Below are positions 60,801-64,000 of a stretch of 64,000 nucleotides of DNA, in pieces. How positions within the stretch are numbered: position 1 is the first letter of the stretch; each line of letters begins with the position of its first letter. Origin of the DNA: Thalia democratica (taxonomy: Eukaryota). Both the position numbers and the translations under genes were made by a program. The notes under the pieces are model-generated. The model was not told the DNA's origin and did no database searches. It saw nothing but the letters and a program-made list of their open reading frames with translations. The stretch spans positions 1 to 64,000 of the forward strand of contig CBDBBG010000121.1 in assembly GCA_965202585.1 (NCBI GenBank), written 5' to 3'.

Positions 60801-63800
60801 AGTTTTAATTAGTTAGGCTTTCATCAAATTTTGATTTTGTTAGAGAATAGATAATTTAAAATTAATTTGAAACTTTTTTTGAAATTTTTAAACAAATACT
60901 TTATAACAAGCACTCAATCTAAGTTTTAATGACAGTGCACGGTGTGATTTCGGTGGCTGAAGACAAGATCGAGTTGAAACAGACGGACGGTAAACTGAAG
61001 TTGAAAATACTGAGGGAAGGTGAAAACAGAGGTAGGGTTGTTGTGCCATGGATGGTGAAAACAACACTGCCCAAGTCCGCTTACAAAGTTGGTGATACTA
61101 AAAACTTTAATTTTTAAAGACATATTTTTCGATAATTTTTTTCATATTTTTGGTGTTACGTTTTTTAAATGCGAACAAAGGTTTTAGAAGTGTGTAAAAA
61201 AGAGTTTTATTTAACTAAAACGATTAAAGTTACTTTTTTTATCGTTTAAAATACGTATGTATATATTTAGATGTTAATAATAACTAAATATTTTAAATCT
61301 ATTTATGTTCTGCAGAACTTTAGCGGTCATGAAACATTCAAGGATGGCGAAAAAGAAAGCACAATTAAGTTTGATTTACCCAGCAATCCTCAAAGTAACG
61401 AAAAAGAAGACTTCAGGTAAAATCTGAATAAAGAGTTAATGTATATTTAGATTTTCCATAATGATTAGAAATAAAAACAGTTTTGTATAATTATAACAAC
61501 TAATCAACTTTGCGTCTTGCATCAAAATCATAACTAGTTGTTTTTTAACTATAACTCAAGCTCCCTAACGATATCTGTTTTAGTAATGTAAAATAAGATT
61601 CTTAAATAAATCTTTAAACATCAATTCAGCATCATACTGGGTCAACCCACCGGCGGTTCGGTCCTCTCAGACAAGGCCGAGTGTCACGTCATAGTCACGC
61701 ACGACATCCAGCCCGGAAAAATACAATTCCACAAACCCTCGTACGAGTTCAACCAGACAGATATGGAGGTCGTGGTGAAGGTGGTGAGGTCAGTGAACTG
61801 CAGCGGAAAGGTCAGGGTTCCGTGGAGGGCCATTGTTGAGGACGATCAGTTTTCGCCCTACATGGAAATCGGGGGTCACGAGACCTTCAAGAGCGGCGAG
61901 GAAGAATCTCACATCAAAATCAAAATTCCACAGGTGAGGATCTTTTAACCTTCTAAAATATATTTATTACAAGTTTTTCTACAACTAAACCAAGCTTTAC
62001 CTTTAAAGGAATAAATGAATATAGTTAAAAATTTATTGCATTCGCTTGATTATAAAGATTTTCAGTATTCCTTTTTTAATGCTGTTTTTGATTACTTTAG
62101 TAAACCGTAAGGTTTAGCAGTTCTGTGAGTAAAAGTAAAAACAGCACAAAATACATTTAAAATTTTACAGGATCCGCGCCCTGTCCTCAAGGACAATTTT
62201 AAGATCATCTTGATGAAGCCAAAACCTGCTAGCAGCATCATTGACGCAGATTGCAGTTGTGACGTCACAGTTGTGAACGACATAACACCGGCAGTCATTG
62301 AAATGCTGGAGGAGGATGTTAAGGTGAAGCAGTCGGATGGAGAACTGTCATTACACGTGCTCAGGAGCGAGGAACTGAAGGGAAGGATCGTGGTTCCGTG
62401 GAAGATCTTGCCGGAAAGCGACGACTCCGTTTACATGAACGTCACAGGTAATGAAAAGTTATTGATAATAAACACTTAAAAAAGTTTGAGCAACTAGCTG
62501 TTGTTAATCATCAATATTTTGATTTGCTTAATATACATGTCTGTGATTATGTTTTTACATTCAAAATTTTGTTTTTTAATTTCATTAGAGACTTGTATGA
62601 TTTGATAAGTCTGCTAAAGTTATAATACATAAAGTTTAATGCATAATTTTTAATATAACATAGTTAAACTTTTTTTATTTTGCATAGATTACAGATGGTT
62701 AACAAAATAAATATTACAGGTGAAGAGACATTGGAAGACGACGAAGAGAGATCAACGATTGAAATCCAACTTCCTCAACTGCCTCTGTCCAACACAGAAG
62801 AAACTGTTTCTGTTGTGTTGGACGAACCGTACGGTTCACCCGGAAAACTGGGCAACAAGAGAAGCTGCATCGTTACTATCAGACACGATAAAGGTTTGCT
62901 GAAAGTGATACTGTTTTACTACTTGACACAGACTTTGATTTTACTTAGATGTAACTTATGATATTTTTACTGTACACAATGAAAGTTCTAAAATATGTTC
63001 AAAACAAAGTTCATATGATATCAAAAATCACTTTTTATCAGTATCAAAAAAGCAAAACGTAATTTTCTAAAAACTAAAAAGATATTTTAATTGCATCTGT
63101 AGCTTTTGCGCACCTTATAGTTATACCCAAAAGTTTTAAACATAAAACCTAAAAGTGTCTTTAGTAGTTTTAATATAAATTCAATAAAAAACTCACAGGA
63201 GAGGGAGTCATTGAAATGGAGAAGGCGCAGGTCACATGCAAGAGTTCAGACGAGGAAGTAGTAGCTGTGGTGTTGAGAAAAGAAGGAAGAGGTTTCGCAA
63301 ACGAGGTCGAATGGACTGCTACTGATGGCAGCGCTAAAATTGGTGAAAACTATGGACTCAACAAAGGTATGTAATTGAGGACTATCATTTTGACTCAAAG
63401 CTACATTCACGTTTTTATACCAAACTTGTAATGTTACAACTAACAGTTAGTAAAACTGTAGATGTATTTAAACTATTGAAGTGCTGAAATAAAAAAAAAT
63501 GTTAAAACATTTACATTACCAAACTTAAGTAGAAAATAGTTTTTGTTTATACTCCCATCTGCTACTAAAACTAAAAAATAAATTTTTTGTTATGTTTTTG
63601 TGAATAAAAAAAATATTAACAGGAGTGGTGAGCTTCAAAGCTGGAGAAGCTTCGAGCGAAATCAGGATCCCTATTACTAACGATCCATCGGGAGTTGAGA
63701 GAGATTTTGTTGTTAGTTTAGGCGAAGTTGGTGGCAGAGATGTTGCTGGAGAGATCATGTCGACGAAAGTAACCATCTCTAATGAAGCATGTAAGTATCT

Positions 63801-64000
63801 CAACATTGTAGCTAATGCTAGATTTTAGTACAAAACATAATATTTAAATATGTTATAAACAATATATTAAGATTTACAATTTATAGATTTACCTAGTTTT
63901 TAAAAATAAAAACAATCCATAAGTTTGTTCAAACTTTCTAATAATTTCCAACAGTGCTGCCAGGTGGCAGTCAGTAACTTGGAAGGTGAACTCGCCAGTC
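21779..64000 (+). CDS. ITGB4-like: Giant integrin beta subunit, beta4-like ectodomain, cytoplasmic tail of at least 25 Calx-beta plus FN3 domains; 3' incomplete; three 1-nt frameshifts in the distal part
   Basis: 72 coding exons traced with GT-AG sites and continuous phase, about 11,860 nt. Order: signal peptide, PSI, hybrid/betaI ([43 protein letters not shown]), 4 I-EGF, beta-tail, TM, then repeated Calx-beta (F-x-x-x-x-Y..R..G..W/Y.T.DG.A..DY/F..G.l.F.DGE..I.I..F.v.L..LG..V.I.ND) and FN3. Confidence 0.93.
23805..25722 (+). CDS. ITGB4-like: Integrin PSI domain exons (23805-23983, 25585-25722)
   Basis: [15 protein letters not shown]|[18 protein letters not shown] is the PSI cysteine pattern. 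Confidence 0.9.
25087..25530. repeat. Two-copy intronic tandem duplication, about 223-bp unit
   Basis: aaaatattagtttgtaaatacaatatttatg...gactggaataaaatacgacttctgtgtaattt starts at 25087 and again at 25310, with few differences. Confidence 0.92.
27635..31431 (+). CDS. ITGB4-like: Integrin betaI (VWA-like) and hybrid domain exons
   Basis: Exons 27635-27782, 28035-28143, 28441-28600, 28890-29053, 29476-29593, 30601-30703, 30945-31084, 31270-31431. [21 protein letters not shown] is intact. Also [37 protein letters not shown]. Confidence 0.95.
31701..34326 (+). CDS. ITGB4-like: Integrin I-EGF1-4 and beta-tail exons
   Basis: Exons 31701-31839, 32448-32589, 33014-33224, 33736-33868, 34201-34326. 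[52 protein letters not shown]. Confidence 0.95.
34862..35050 (+). CDS. ITGB4-like: Integrin transmembrane and juxtamembrane exon
   Basis: [40 protein letters not shown] followed by a Pro-rich linker. Phase-1 donor to the first Calx-beta exon. Confidence 0.93.
35260..42477 (+). CDS. ITGB4-like: Calx-beta domains 1-5 (cytoplasmic)
   Basis: Exons 35260-35382, 35664-35748, 35983-36183, 36380-36534, 36752-36945, 37623-37812, 38160-38281, 38539-38713, 39788-39946, 40647-40832, 41212-41370, 42295-42477. Example: [37 protein letters not shown]. Confidence 0.9.
44224..48947 (+). CDS. ITGB4-like: Pro-rich linker, Calx-beta domains 6-10 and second linker
   Basis: Exons 44224-44315, 44708-44911, 45210-45399, 45631-45824, 46122-46266, 46653-46819, 47166-47364, 47641-47964, 48265-48429, 48679-48846, 48906-48947. 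Confidence 0.9.
49177..55679 (+). CDS. ITGB4-like: Calx-beta domains 11-17
   Basis: Exons 49177-49473, 49722-49892, 50116-50256, 50428-50628, 51188-51391, 51698-51832, 52119-52237, 52594-52727, 52973-53181, 53454-53669, 53973-54154, 54497-54668, 54925-55126, 55543-55679. Confidence 0.9.
56020..60649 (+). CDS. ITGB4-like: Calx-beta domains 18-21 and FN3 domain 1 (two frameshifts)
   Basis: Exons 56020-56222, 56549-56649, 56916-57095 (+1 A near 57010), 57392-57634, 57942-58103, 58433-58606, 58836-59003, 59221-59388, 60240-60396 (-1 nt near 60329), 60529-60649. FN3 motifs: [34 protein letters not shown]. Confidence 0.85.
59669..60183. mobile_element. Non-autonomous hAT element (MITE), 515 bp
   Basis: Perfect 14-bp TIRs CAGTGGTCGTCAAG / CTTGACGACCACTG. 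8-bp TSD GTTTAAAC at 59661-59668 and 60184-60191. No coding capacity. Confidence 0.95.
60936..64000 (+). CDS. ITGB4-like: Calx-beta domains 22-25 and start of FN3 domain 2
   Basis: Exons 60936-61087, 61316-61416, 61630-61933, 62171-62447, 62720-62893, 63199-63366, 63623-63790, 63955-64000 (partial; apparent +1 G near 63966). Confidence 0.87.

Noticed and set aside
205-63806. Antisense or AT-rich ORFs in the supplied track (for example 205-396, 19948-20139, 23180-23374, 26506-26742, 55790-56269)
   Set aside because: They are shadows of real exons on the opposite strand or low-complexity intronic frames rich in F/L/K/I, with no domain signal.
35260-64000. Calx-beta exons as a separate gene (NCX, ADGRV1/VLGR1 or FRAS1/FREM-like)
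   Set aside because: No start or signal exon, exchanger TM, EPTP, GPCR or CSPG segments were seen. The first Calx exon joins the integrin TM exon in phase over a short canonical intron.

Overview
AT-rich, intron-dense animal genomic DNA. An invertebrate chordate such as a tunicate is my inference, based on the beta4-type integrin and the small introns; it is not demonstrated. There are two multi-exon genes arranged head-to-head, both reconstructed by hand with GT-AG boundaries and phase checks. (1) Minus strand, 3425-9585: a complete 11-exon, 412-aa membrane dipeptidase (peptidase M19, DPEP-like) with an N-terminal hydrophobic segment and no GPI signal. (2) Plus strand, 21779 to beyond 64000: an integrin beta subunit with beta4-type betaI signatures. 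Its post-transmembrane tail is a giant array of 25 Calx-beta domains plus one complete FN3 domain and the start of a second. I traced 72 coding exons, about 11.9 kb of CDS or about 3,950 aa, and the gene is still open at the window edge. Vertebrate beta4 has 1 Calx-beta and 4 FN3. The array has higher-order periodicity, and three single-base frameshifts cluster in its distal part (about 57010, 60329 and 63966); these are either assembly errors or real decay. Between and within the genes are a decayed tandem array of sushi/CCP pseudo-exons, a 3.1-kb hAT transposon relic (8-bp TSD) with a nested MITE, a 515-bp hAT MITE, an intronic hairpin, a 223-bp tandem duplication and a microsatellite. All homology statements come from remembered family motifs; no database search was run.
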